63,482 nucleotides of DNA from Clostridia bacterium (GTDB lineage: Bacteria; Bacillota; Clostridia; TANB77; CAG-508), in assembly GCA_047017005.1 (NCBI GenBank), contig JBKXSZ010000002.1, positions 44,620 to 108,101 of the forward strand, written 5' to 3'. Shown piece by piece: positions 38,783-48,137 of this stretch. Each line of letters opens with the position of its first letter. The stretch's first letter is position 1. A program made the translations under genes and the position numbers. Under the pieces are notes generated by a model. That model searched no databases. It saw only the letters and a list, made by a program, of their open reading frames with translations, and was not told the origin of the DNA.

Positions 38783-40009
38783 TTATTTCTTTTCTCCCTT
38801 TAAATTAATAATATCATTAATCTTCATCTTCCCTGCTCTTGTTACTGTATTATATCCATATTTCTGTTTTAGCTGGTCAATTGTTGTATCTAATTTTTCC
38901 TGTTTTTCGTTTTTTTCTACATCAAATAAGGAAAGCTGTATTTCCTTTTTATTACATAAATTATCTACTCTTAATCCAATTAATCTTACTTCTCTTCCCT
39001 TATGTAATTCCTGAAGAAGTTCTTTGGCTAAAGAATAAATTTCCTTTGTACTATTAGTTGGAACATCGACTTTCTTTTGATGAGAAAAATTTTGAAAATC
39101 TTTTGTTTTAATTTGAACTCCTACAACTTTAGCTAATAGCTGATGTTTTCGTAATCGATATCCTACTTGCTCAGAAAGTGCTAAAATAATTTCTGTTAAT
39201 TTCTCTATATCTTCAATATCTTCTGGTAATGTAATGGAATTTCCAATACATTTAGGTTGTTCCTCTTCTGCATTAACTGGTGAATAGTCTATTCCATTTG
39301 CATATTCATACATCATCTTTCCATGTTTTCCAAAAAGTTGCAGTAATTTTTGTTCTTCTGTTTTTGCTAAATCCCCTATTGTTTTGATATGCATTTTTTC
39401 TAGTTTAGGGAGAGTTTTTTTCCCTACCATAAACAAATCAGCTACAGGAAGTGGCCACATTTTCTTTGATACTTCTTCTGGATAAAGAGTATGTACTTTA
39501 TTGGGTTTTTCAAAATCAGATGCCATTTTTGTAAGTAGTTTGTTATGAGATACCCCTATATTTACCGTAAAACCTAATTCCTGATAAATTCTATCTTTTA
39601 TTTCATATGCCTTTTGTAATAGTGTTTCACCCGGCCTTAAAAAATGTGTTAGGTCTAAAAAACATTCATCTATAGAGAAACGCTCAATTTGGTCCGTATA
39701 TTCTAAAAAGATTTCTTTCATTTTCCTTGAATAATGATTATATATAGAGAAGTCACTTGCATATAGTTGAATATTGGGACATTTCTTTCTTGCGAAATAG
39801 ATTGGTTCCCCTGTTCTTATCCCAAATTGCTTGGCAGGCATGCTTTTAGCAAGTACAATTCCTCTTCTTTGATTTTCATCGCCTCCAATAATTGCTGGAA
39901 TTGTACGAATATCTAAAGTAGCACCTTTTTTTAACATATCAACAGCAGTCCATGATAAAAACGCATTATTTACATCAATATGTAAAATTTGTCTCTCCAA
40001 CTTTTTCAC
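38783..40009 (-). CDS. Y-family DNA polymerase (DinB/UmuC-like)
   Basis: 408 aa. N-terminal ILHIDVNNAFLSW (the UmuC-like DxNxF variant of the catalytic motif), SIDECFLDLT, and palm, finger and little-finger domains of typical length. Confidence 0.8.
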   Translation of the reverse strand: MKKLERQILHIDVNNAFLSWTAVDMLKKGATLDIRTIPAIIGGDENQRRGIVLAKSMPAKQFGIRTGEPIYFARKKCPNIQLYASDFSIYNHYSRKMKEIFLEYTDQIERFSIDECFLDLTHFLRPGETLLQKAYEIKDRIYQELGFTVNIGVSHNKLLTKMASDFEKPNKVHTLYPEEVSKKMWPLPVADLFMVGKKTLPKLEKMHIKTIGDLAKTEEQKLLQLFGKHGKMMYEYANGIDYSPVNAEEEQPKCIGNSITLPEDIEDIEKLTEIILALSEQVGYRLRKHQLLAKVVGVQIKTKDFQNFSHQKKVDVPTNSTKEIYSLAKELLQELHKGREVRLIGLRVDNLCNKKEIQLSLFDVEKNEKQEKLDTTIDQLKQKYGYNTVTRAGKMKINDIINLKGEKK

Positions 40010-40123
40010 CTCAATCTATTTTCTAATATTAGTATAGAACATTTGTTTTGAGTAGTCAATATTGTTCTTTAAAAAAGCAAAAAAATTCTCAAAGAAAAAA
40101 TTTTTCTCTGAGAATTTTTTATC

Positions 40124-40924
40124 TTAAGCCCATAAAGGTAATACTCCTGCAATAATTAACCCAATTACTAAAACTCCAACAATAACTCGATAAATTGCAA
40201 AAACTTTAAAGCTTCCTTTTTTCAAATATTCTAATAAGAATTTAATAACTAATAATCCTACAATAAAACTTGTAATAACCCCTACAAAGAATGGAAGATT
40301 AAATACAAAATCTTTTAATTTAAAAATAGTAGCCCCTAATACAATTGGTGCAGATAGCATAAAAGAATACTTTGCGGCCGACTCTCTATCTACTCCCATT
40401 GCTCTACCTGTTGTCATAGTTACTCCTGAACGTGAAACACCTGGTATAAAAGCTAAAGCTTGAGATAATCCAATTAAGAAAGTTTGTTTAAATGTCATAT
40501 CCTCATACTTTGTATTCGATTTTGCATTCTTATCTACTAAATAAAGTATAATACCCATTACAATCAAAGCAATTGCAATAATAATTGGTTTTGTTAAAAT
40601 ATCTGCTGCAAACTTATCTAGAATAAATCCAATGATTCCTCCTGGTATAGTAGCTGCTACAATATACCAAAACATTCTACCTTCTGTTGACTTTTCTTTC
40701 TTTACAACTTGTTTATATACACCTACTATTAATCCTATCCAATCTTTGAAAAAGAAGATAGCAATTGCTAGAAGAGTTCCTGCATGTAGCGCTACATCAA
40801 AAGATGGAGATATTTCTTCCCAATGGAAAATTTGTGGTATTAATGCTAAATGTGCTGAGCTAGAAATTGGTAATAATTCTGTAAGTCCTTGTACAATTCC
40901 TAATATAATAGATTGAAATAACAT
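40124..40924 (-). CDS. uppP: undecaprenyl-diphosphate phosphatase
   Basis: 266 aa. GLTELLPISSSAHL and PGVSRSG motifs. Confidence 0.92.
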   Translation of the reverse strand: MLFQSIILGIVQGLTELLPISSSAHLALIPQIFHWEEISPSFDVALHAGTLLAIAIFFFKDWIGLIVGVYKQVVKKEKSTEGRMFWYIVAATIPGGIIGFILDKFAADILTKPIIIAIALIVMGIILYLVDKNAKSNTKYEDMTFKQTFLIGLSQALAFIPGVSRSGVTMTTGRAMGVDRESAAKYSFMLSAPIVLGATIFKLKDFVFNLPFFVGVITSFIVGLLVIKFLLEYLKKGSFKVFAIYRVIVGVLVIGLIIAGVLPLWA

Positions 40925-41290
40925 AATTTTTTCTCCTTTGTTCTTATATTTTCCTTCTTATATAAACAATACTAATATATGTGATTGCTTATATAAAAAT
41001 GACTGATTCATCATAGCATATTTTTCTTTTTTTTTCTATTCTTTTTTACAAAGTTTTAAGATATTCATAAATTCTTAAAACTTTAGAAAAAAATACTGAT
41101 TTTTTTAACTTTTTATTCTTTTTCTTGGTTGATTATAAATTTACTTTCATACTTTATTACAATTATATTGGTCTTTTAGCTATTCTCTATGTTTGTGCTA
41201 AGTAGGTATATATTTTATACAGATTAAAAAAAGAAAAGATAATATCTATCTTTTACTTAACCTTGCTTATCTTTTCTTCTCTTCTCGTTA

Positions 41291-42556
41291 TTATTCTTTT
41301 TCTCTTTCATACTTTATTTCTATTTGTTTATTTTTTCTTTCTAGCTTTACTCCTTTAGTATTTCGTTGCAATTCTTTCAACTCATTTTTACTTAACTTTC
41401 TGGTAAGTTCATATGTTTTTTCCAAATGTTTCGTTGCATTTTTCTCTTGCACTTTTAGCTTTCTTTTTTTCTTTCCACCTTCTGAACCAGTTGCTGCTAG
41501 ATCTGGAATTCGAATAAATTTACGGATTGGTAAGAACAACGGCTCTTTATCCGCTTTTTTTATTAAGATTGGTTTTAGCTCAATTGCTAAATTTAAATAA
41601 TTAACAGCTTTATCATTGTTTCCCTTTAAGATAGCAATTCTTGCTAAATGATAATAACTTTCCGCTTCTAGATTTTCATCCTCTAAACATTCATTAAAGT
41701 ACTTCTCCGCTTCATCTAAGTCGTCATAAATTAAAGCAATTTGTGCTAAGTTATATTGTGCTTGATATAATAATGTATTTAAAGTAGCTGCTCTTTCATA
41801 ACATATCTTCGCATTCTGAAAATCATTTAATCTAGTATAAGCCATACCCAAACTATAATATAAATCATAATTATTAGGATTATATTTTAATGCTTCCATA
41901 TAGATATTAATTGCTTCTTTAAAATGTTCTTGTTCCATTAAGATTTCTCCCAGAAGATAAGAAGCCTCATAATAATCTGGTTTTATTTTTAATAGATTTT
42001 GAAGCATTGTTGTAGATTCTTCTTTTTGGTTTAACTCATCTAATAAATGCGCAATTTTATAATACGTATCATAGTCTTTTTTATTTAAATCTATCGCTTT
42101 TACATATTCTTCAATTGCCTTTCGCATTCCGCCTTCTTTTTCATATACTTCTCCTAAAAGTTTATGTCCATAATAACTATCTGGATATTTACTAACTAAT
42201 TTTATTAAAAAAGTTTTAGCTGCCTTTGTATCTTTATTCGTTAAAGCTATTTTAGAAAATAAGATATATATTAATTCTAAAAAATTAATTCCCCTTTTCT
42301 CTAATAATAGAATAATTATTGGTAGAATAACCGATAATAGATACATAATAATCCTAAAAAATAAATTTAGGTGAATCATAAATATTAATTCAAAGAAATT
42401 AATAGCTATCCCTACTGCTTGTATAATTAGTGGTATTAAATAGCCTGTATCATTTTTTCGAATCATGTTAAAGAAAATTAAAATAAAGAGTGCAAAAGCT
42501 AGTACATTAAATATTAGTTTTTCTATTAGCATATAGTTCTCCTTCTTTTTTAACAA
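41291..42556 (-). CDS. membrane-anchored TPR-repeat protein
   Basis: 421 aa with four N-terminal TM helices followed by multiple 34-aa TPR-like repeats (..YYKIAHLL.., ..YYSLGMAY.., ..YHLARIAI..). It overlaps ppa by 7 nt. Confidence 0.6.
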   Translation of the reverse strand: MLKKKENYMLIEKLIFNVLAFALFILIFFNMIRKNDTGYLIPLIIQAVGIAINFFELIFMIHLNLFFRIIMYLLSVILPIIILLLEKRGINFLELIYILFSKIALTNKDTKAAKTFLIKLVSKYPDSYYGHKLLGEVYEKEGGMRKAIEEYVKAIDLNKKDYDTYYKIAHLLDELNQKEESTTMLQNLLKIKPDYYEASYLLGEILMEQEHFKEAINIYMEALKYNPNNYDLYYSLGMAYTRLNDFQNAKICYERAATLNTLLYQAQYNLAQIALIYDDLDEAEKYFNECLEDENLEAESYYHLARIAILKGNNDKAVNYLNLAIELKPILIKKADKEPLFLPIRKFIRIPDLAATGSEGGKKKRKLKVQEKNATKHLEKTYELTRKLSKNELKELQRNTKGVKLERKNKQIEIKYEREKE

Positions 42557-43107
42557 TTACATCCTTCTCTATCTCCAAATTTTTCATTATATTTATCAAT
42601 ACATTCTTGAATAATTCTCTCTGCCTCTTCTCTTCCTAAAATTTTATCTACCATTGTACTTTTTCCTTCAAGTTGTTTATACACTTCAAAAAAATGCATA
42701 ATTTCTGCCGAAATGTGATTTGGAAGTTCTGATACATCATTATAACAATTCAAAAATGGGTCTTGCTTTGCTACTGCAATAATTTTTTGGTCATGTTCTT
42801 CTCCATCAATCATGTTTAATACTCCAATTGGATAACATTCTACTAGTGTTAAAGATATAATTTTTTCTTGGCAAAGTACTAACACATCTAATGGATCATG
42901 GTCATCTGCATAAGTTCTTGGAATAAACCCATAGTTTGCAGGATAATGAGTTGCCGTATACAATACTCTATCTAATTTTAACATTCCCGTTTCTTTATCT
43001 AATTCATATTTGTTTTTTCCACCTTTTGTAATTTCTATAACAGACACAAAATCATCTTTCTTTATTCTATCTTGTCTAATATCATGCCAAATATTCATCA
43101 ATTTCAA
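42550..43107 (-). CDS. ppa: family I inorganic pyrophosphatase
   Basis: 185 aa. EITKGGKNKYELDKETG, YPANYGFIP and DHDPLDVLVL. Confidence 0.9.
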   Translation of the reverse strand: MKLMNIWHDIRQDRIKKDDFVSVIEITKGGKNKYELDKETGMLKLDRVLYTATHYPANYGFIPRTYADDHDPLDVLVLCQEKIISLTLVECYPIGVLNMIDGEEHDQKIIAVAKQDPFLNCYNDVSELPNHISAEIMHFFEVYKQLEGKSTMVDKILGREEAERIIQECIDKYNEKFGDREGCNC

Positions 43108-43383
43108 TTCCTTTCTTTTCTAATTTATATGATTCCTATTTTTCCTGATATTTCTATTTTAAGCCAATTTCTATGAAAAGTCCATAGAAAAAAAAGAGTT
43201 TTCCTATTATTTTCTTTTTTTAAGACTTTTATTTTTTTAATCAATAGGTATAATAACAAATTGTAATGGAAATCTAACAGAAGGTCAAAAAAGAATTTCT
43301 AGATGCAAATAAAGATTTTATTTTAAAAGAAAAATAAAAATATATAGATTAATTCACCTTTTTATTATTTTATTGGTATTATG

Positions 43384-43412
43384 TTGACAAGATTCAAGAT
43401 TTGTATTATACT
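43384..43412 (+). promoter_or_regulatory. consensus-like sigma-A promoter with no downstream CDS
   Basis: TTGACA, 17 nt, then TATACT. Confidence 0.5.
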
Positions 43413-43418
43413 ATTAAT

Positions 43419-43635
43419 TACATTCGTAATAGGCCTTACCTTCCTCCCACTTTATAGTTTCTAAAACACTTCATGATTTAATTAAAAAGCTTCTAGCCTT
43501 TTAATTTAGGTAAGGAAATACTAACCTATTGGAATGCGACACTAGCCTTCATGGCTCGTATCCATTGAACACAAAATGTCATATTTTTGTGTTCAGAGTT
43601 ATCTTCCTTATAAGGAGGATAGCTTTCTTTTTTTT
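43419..43635 (+). ncRNA. candidate structured small RNA 1 (about 215 nt), family unknown
   Basis: It is bounded by the promoter above and by the terminator AGTTATCTTCC-TTATAA-GGAGGATAGCT plus a T run. There is a long-range helix CATTC..AATAGGCCTTACC / GGTAAGG..CCTATTGGAATG and an internal hairpin GAACACAAAA...TTTTGTGTTC. Confidence 0.4.
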
Positions 43636-43668
43636 GCCTTTTTTGTTATTTTATGTTATACTATATAT

Positions 43669-43819
43669 AAGCTATACTTTGTATAGCATTTAAGTTAGAA
43701 TTGATTATCCCCCTAAGCTTTTTGATTCTATCATTATCAATTCTAACTTTATAGCTGGTAATATCTACTTAGCTATTACTATTTCCAGAGACATTCTTTT
43801 TAGAGTGTCTCCTTTTTTG
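43669..43819 (+). ncRNA. candidate structured small RNA 2 (about 150 nt), family unknown
   Basis: Promoter TTGCCT-17-TATACT (43634-43662). Hairpins are GCTATAC/GTATAGC, a 13-bp AGTTAGAATTGAT/ATCAATTCTAACT, and ATAGCT/AGCTAT. The terminator is GAGACATTC...GAGTGTCTC plus TTTTTT. Confidence 0.35.
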
Positions 43820-44142
43820 TTTAAAAATCTAAACGAGATGTCCTTTGAGCCATAGAAGCGATGAAATTAATAAATGAAATTGAATCTGAAGTGGATGTGT
43901 GGAAAATGAGGAAATGGTATATTTCCAACTTTCACAAAAGGTTCTTCTTGTGGAAAAAACTCTTATTTTTTAAAATAAGAGAGGTATTATGACCACCAAA
44001 TCTTAATGAATTAGACATTACATTAGACTTCTACTTTTTTTACTGCAGCTATTTTCTATTGGTCTATTTATGCACCCACACAATAACTTAAAAAGCAAAA
44101 AAGGCCTAAAACTTAGGTCTTTTTTGGGTTGTTAAAGATATT

Positions 44143-44427
44143 TCAACACAGTACCGGTATATAATTATTCTTCTGTTTTTTAATACGGATAGTTTTGTAA
44201 GTAGAACCATTCCGAATTCGCTTTACCATGTTTGTAAATTGATATTCAAAAATCACTGGTTTTCCATTTTTTTGCATGAAATACTCCCTTAAATCCTCCT
44301 CACAAATTCCTGCTTCTAAAAATACCGGAACATCCTCGATATTTTCGATTTTCTGCTTAAAACGTTCGTTGTTGAACTTCTCGTTTTCAAGCAATAGTGT
44401 TAATAATTCCTTAACTGTCTTTTCCAT
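44143..44427 (-). CDS. hypothetical protein
   Basis: 94 aa with an AGAGGAGGCAAAAAAATG RBS. A terminator-like hairpin (AGGCCT/AGGTCT stem) lies at about 44102..44126. No motif recognised. Confidence 0.45.
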   Translation of the reverse strand: MEKTVKELLTLLLENEKFNNERFKQKIENIEDVPVFLEAGICEEDLREYFMQKNGKPVIFEYQFTNMVKRIRNGSTYKTIRIKKQKNNYIPVLC

Positions 44428-44495
44428 TTTTTTGCCTCCTCTGGAATTATCCCATTTCTCATGTGTCTCGTGTCATAAAGCAATTTCTACAAGGC

Positions 44496-44750
44496 TCATT
44501 CAAATGGTTTTGGATATATAGTATAGCACGCTTTTCCTTTTGTGTAAACCCTTTTTAATGTTTTTTTGACAATATATCTTATTTTTATCATAATCATTCC
44601 TCCATATACATTTAATACTGTCCCTGGTACTACTGCATTTACTAAAGTATTACCAGTTGCCAATTCTTTTTCCATAGATTTAGTAAATCCAATAATTCCT
44701 GCTTTAGATACTTCACTTTTAGTTTTTATGTTTGTACTACGACCGGTCAA
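44496..44750 (-). pseudogene. remnant of a short-chain dehydrogenase/reductase (FabG-like) gene
   Basis: Only the catalytic-Lys segment ..SKAGIIGFTKSMEKELATGNTLVNAVVPG.. and a fused ..LNVYGGMIM C-terminus remain. The Rossmann N-terminal two-thirds is absent. Confidence 0.6.
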
Positions 44751-44909
44751 TTTAAATTTTATGTCAATTTATATTTTCTTTTTTTAGTCTTTATGGTATA
44801 CTTATATAGTAAGTGTGTTGATATTGGTGTTTTAGAAAATTCTAAAATACACACTACCCTTTTTATTTATTGCACCAATGGAATGACTTAAGAAAGGAGG
44901 GTTCTTACA

Positions 44910-45397
44910 TGAACCAAAAGAATTTTTGTTATGCTATTCATCTCAGCTTGCTCTTCCCTAACCACAAAGTGATTCAATATTCGCTTTGCGAGTCATCTGA
45001 CCTTCGGGAACTAGCAAAGGAGGATTTAGCCTTTGCAACATTTGATGCTTTAGGATTTTCTCGACTTTTCGGAAGTGTTAACAAATTAGCAGATAAAGCA
45101 ATTGCAGACTTAAATGCAATTGTACATGGTAAGCAAGAAATTGTAGTTTCAGAAACCTCAAGCTATTTTGTTTTATCAACAGACAAAGAAATTAACTTTG
45201 AAGAACAGCTTTTGGAAATAAATCAGAAAGATGTTATGGTTTACTATGACAATGATACATTTGTTCTATTTATTTCTAAAGAGCAAAAAAATCTTTACCA
45301 TTTTTTGAAAGATATCTTTCAAAAAGAGAATTTCTTTGTATATGCATACCCTGACTACGAAACATACGAAAATCAACTTTGGTTTATAAAAAAATAA
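44910..45397 (+). CDS. hypothetical protein
   Basis: 162 aa from the ATG at 44910 (AAAGGAGGG RBS). The terminator AATGAGGAA...TTCCTCATT plus a T run follows directly. Confidence 0.5.
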
Positions 45398-45682
45398 TGA
45401 GGAAGAATTGATTCCTCATTATTTTTTAGTTATTTCTTTTTTTCTATTTTTATATTCCTACTTCTTCTATGTTCTTTTTCCCACTATTTCTTCTAGGAAA
45501 AATCCTGATGATATTTGTTCTTTAAAAAAGTAGCAATCTCTTTTACTTCTTTTGAAAATTCTCCCTTTCTTTTAGTAACCCCTGCTATTTTCTTTTATTT
45601 AACTAAGTTATTAGGTTCTTTTATTATTAATACCATACTTTTCTTTACTCTTTCTCTTTATTTTTTCTTCTTTTTGTATTTT

Positions 45683-45838
45683 CTATTTACTTTCCTTTCG
45701 AAATAACTCATACATATCAAACATTCCCATTAAATATGCTTTTCGAATAACTTCATAATACGATAGCACAATATCATATTCTTCCTGTTTAAAAATTCCC
45801 CTTCTTTTCTCGATATTGTTGAAAATAAATTCTTCCAT
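45683..45838 (-). CDS. small hypothetical protein (51 aa)
   Basis: Below the ORF-track cutoff. My translation reads MEEFIFNNIEKRRGIFKQEEYDIVLSYYEVIRKAYLMGMFDMYELFRKESK, with a strong AAGGAGGAAGAAG RBS. Confidence 0.4.
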   Translation of the reverse strand: MEEFIFNNIEKRRGIFKQEEYDIVLSYYEVIRKAYLMGMFDMYELFRKESK

Positions 45839-46087
45839 ACTTCTTCCTCCTTTTTCTTCTTTTGCCCTCTTGATTTTGCTAGAAAGGAAGTATATACTTA
45901 ATAGGAAATATATACTTCTTTCGTATATAAATCAAAAGAGATAGATGTATTTGACTGCATATCTATCTCTTTTATTATATCTATTTTCTTTTTCTTGTTT
46001 CAACAGAATTCGACAAAAAAGACATGTAAATTTTCGACAAATTACTATCCTTGATTTTCTTTATACTTTTGTTTTCTTTTTATTTTT

Positions 46088-46384
46088 CTACCGCACATCT
46101 CTCCAATTTTTATCTTCTATATATTCAATAGAAATATTACTTAAAAAACCATTCTCTTCTGCTACTTTATTCCATATATCATCTGGTGGTATTTTTTTAT
46201 TTAACTTTACTATCATTTCTAAAGCAGCTAAGCTTTTATTTACATATTCAAACCTTTTAGGATATCGTTCATTGACGTATTTCTCTATTTCTTCATCTAA
46301 ATCTATCTTTTTATCCTTATATAGTTTATGTTTTTGGATACTTTTTTTTATGGTATCTTTCATCAATTGTTTCTCTATTTCCAT
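46088..46384 (-). CDS. hypothetical protein
   Basis: 98 aa with an AAGGAAG RBS and no motif recognised. Confidence 0.4.
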   Translation of the reverse strand: MEIEKQLMKDTIKKSIQKHKLYKDKKIDLDEEIEKYVNERYPKRFEYVNKSLAALEMIVKLNKKIPPDDIWNKVAEENGFLSNISIEYIEDKNWRDVR

Positions 46385-46493
46385 TATTGGTTTCTTCCTT
46401 ATTTTCCACTAATTTCTTTATTGAAAAAGCCAGCTTATCTATTGCGATATTCTGGCTTTACTTTTAATTGTTACTATATAAATATCTTTACTT

Positions 46494-47456
46494 TTAATCT
46501 TTTCCTTCTAAAAGTGGATTAATTGTATTTTCTATTATTTCTTTTAATACAGAAGCACTTTTGTCAAATTTAGCTTGTTCTTCTTCATTTAACTTTAAAG
46601 TTAAAATATCAGACACACCATGTTCTCCTACAACAGCTGGTACTCCTATATATATTCCTTCTGCTCCATACTCTCCTTTTTGATAAGTAGATACTGTTAA
46701 AATAGAGTTTTCATTATTTAATATTGCTTTAATAATTCTAGTTAATCCTAGACCAATTCCATAATACGTAGCTTTTTTCTTCTCTATAATTTCATATGCA
46801 GCTTGTTGTACTTGGGTATAAATATTGTCTAAATCCTTCTTAGATGCTCCTCTATCATCCATAATATCTAATAAATTCTTGCAACCTGCATAGCAATGTG
46901 ACCAAGCAACAAAAGAAGAATCACCATGTTCTCCCATAATATATGCATGAATATTTTTATTTGAGATTCCTAAATATTCTCCAATTAAGAAACGAAGTCT
47001 TGCTGTGTCTAACACCGTTCCAGAACCAATTACTCGCTCTTTTGGAAGTCCGGATACCTTTTCAACAACATAAGTCATAACATCAACAGGGTTACTTGCT
47101 ATAACAAAAATTCCATTGAAACCAGATGCTACAACTTGTTCTGTTACATCTTTCATGATTTTAGCATTGATTTTAGTAAGTTCTAGACGTGTTTGTCCTG
47201 GTTTTTGTGCCATTCCTGCTGTTACTACTACGATAGCAGCATCTTTACATTCTTCATATCCACCAGCTCTAATATCGATTTTACTAGGTGCACAAGGAAG
47301 TCCATGGCAAAGGTCCATCGCTTCTCCTTCTGCTTTTTCTTTTACTACATCTATTAAAACAAGTTCATCAATTCCTCCTTGATTTAATAAAGAATATGCC
47401 ATACTCATTCCTACAAATCCAGTTCCTATTAATACAACTTTTCTCTTTTTTAACAT
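46494..47456 (-). CDS. ldh: L-lactate dehydrogenase
   Basis: VVLIGTGFVGMS NAD-binding motif and a GEHGDS substrate loop. I prefer the ATG at 47456 (MLKKRKVV, AGGAGA RBS). Confidence 0.9.
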   Translation of the reverse strand: MLKKRKVVLIGTGFVGMSMAYSLLNQGGIDELVLIDVVKEKAEGEAMDLCHGLPCAPSKIDIRAGGYEECKDAAIVVVTAGMAQKPGQTRLELTKINAKIMKDVTEQVVASGFNGIFVIASNPVDVMTYVVEKVSGLPKERVIGSGTVLDTARLRFLIGEYLGISNKNIHAYIMGEHGDSSFVAWSHCYAGCKNLLDIMDDRGASKKDLDNIYTQVQQAAYEIIEKKKATYYGIGLGLTRIIKAILNNENSILTVSTYQKGEYGAEGIYIGVPAVVGEHGVSDILTLKLNEEEQAKFDKSASVLKEIIENTINPLLEGKD

Positions 47457-47521
47457 AATGCATCTCTCCTTTAATTCCATTTAATTTCTTTTCTATTATT
47501 TTTACCATTTTACAGTTATTT

Positions 47522-47550
47522 ATTATATAGTTTCTTCAAAAAAATGTCAA
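47522..47550 (-). promoter_or_regulatory. putative sigma-A promoter of ldh
   Basis: On the minus strand: TTGACA, 17 nt, then TATAAT. Confidence 0.5.
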
Positions 47551-47879
47551 TTTTTCTTTTTCACCTATTTTCTATGAAATTATATTTCGGCAATCATAGC
47601 TACGTGTAAAACGCGTGGTAAGGGCCTATAACATTGCCAGCGCCTAAAGACGCTGGCTTTCACTTCATTCAATCCTTGACGTAATGACTACTTTAGCAAA
47701 TCCTTAAAAGTGTTGTTATATTCTCTCTTTGTTAATTTATCTTCTATATTTATGATATATTATCTTTCTTCTATAGTACTATATGATACTTGCACAACCA
47801 TTTTGTGTGTGATAAACTATTCGCCATAAAAGCTAAAGCATAATTAAAAGACATTAGCTTAAATGCTAATGCCTCTTTT

Positions 47880-47954
47880 TGGCTGGGCTGGGTAGATTCG
47901 AACTACCGCATGCATGAGTCAAAGTCATGTGCCTTACCGCTTGGCTACAGCCCA
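47880..47954 (-). tRNA. tRNA-Gln (anticodon UUG)
   Basis: The minus strand reads TGGGCTGTAGCCAAGCGGTAAGGCACATGACTTTGACTCATGCATGCGGTAGTTCGAATCTACCCAGCCCAGCCA. It has a cloverleaf with anticodon loop CTTTGAC, T-loop TTCGAAT and an encoded CCA. Confidence 0.9.
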
Positions 47955-47968
47955 ATATATTAAATTAG

Positions 47969-48046
47969 TGGGGTGGAAGATGGGACTCGAACCCACGGTC
48001 TCCAGTGCCACAAACTGGCGCGTTAACCAACTACGCTACATCCACC
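47969..48046 (-). tRNA. tRNA-His (anticodon GUG) with encoded G-1
   Basis: The minus strand reads G-GTGGATG-TA-GCGT-AGTTGGTTA-ACGC-G-CCAGT-TTGTGGC-ACTGG-...-GTGGG-TTCGAGT-CCCAT-CTTCCAC-C-CCA. There is one T:T mismatch at 6:67 in the acceptor stem. Confidence 0.85.
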
Positions 48047-48093
48047 ACATAGGGTTGCACTGTTTAAGACTGTCCTTAAACAGTGCAATTATT

Positions 48094-48122
48094 ATTTTAA
48101 ACGATAGTTGGTTGTTTGTCAA
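48094..48122 (-). promoter_or_regulatory. putative promoter of the tRNA-His/tRNA-Gln unit
   Basis: On the minus strand: TTGACA, 17 nt, then TAAAAT. A 14-bp perfect hairpin (48055-48088) lies between it and tRNA-His. Confidence 0.35.
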
Positions 48123-48137
48123 GATATTTTTTCAATT

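Noticed and set aside
45945-46412. 155-aa plus-strand ORF.
   Set aside because: Its product is Phe/Leu/Ser-rich and it has no RBS. It overlaps the better-supported minus-strand ORF 46088..46384.
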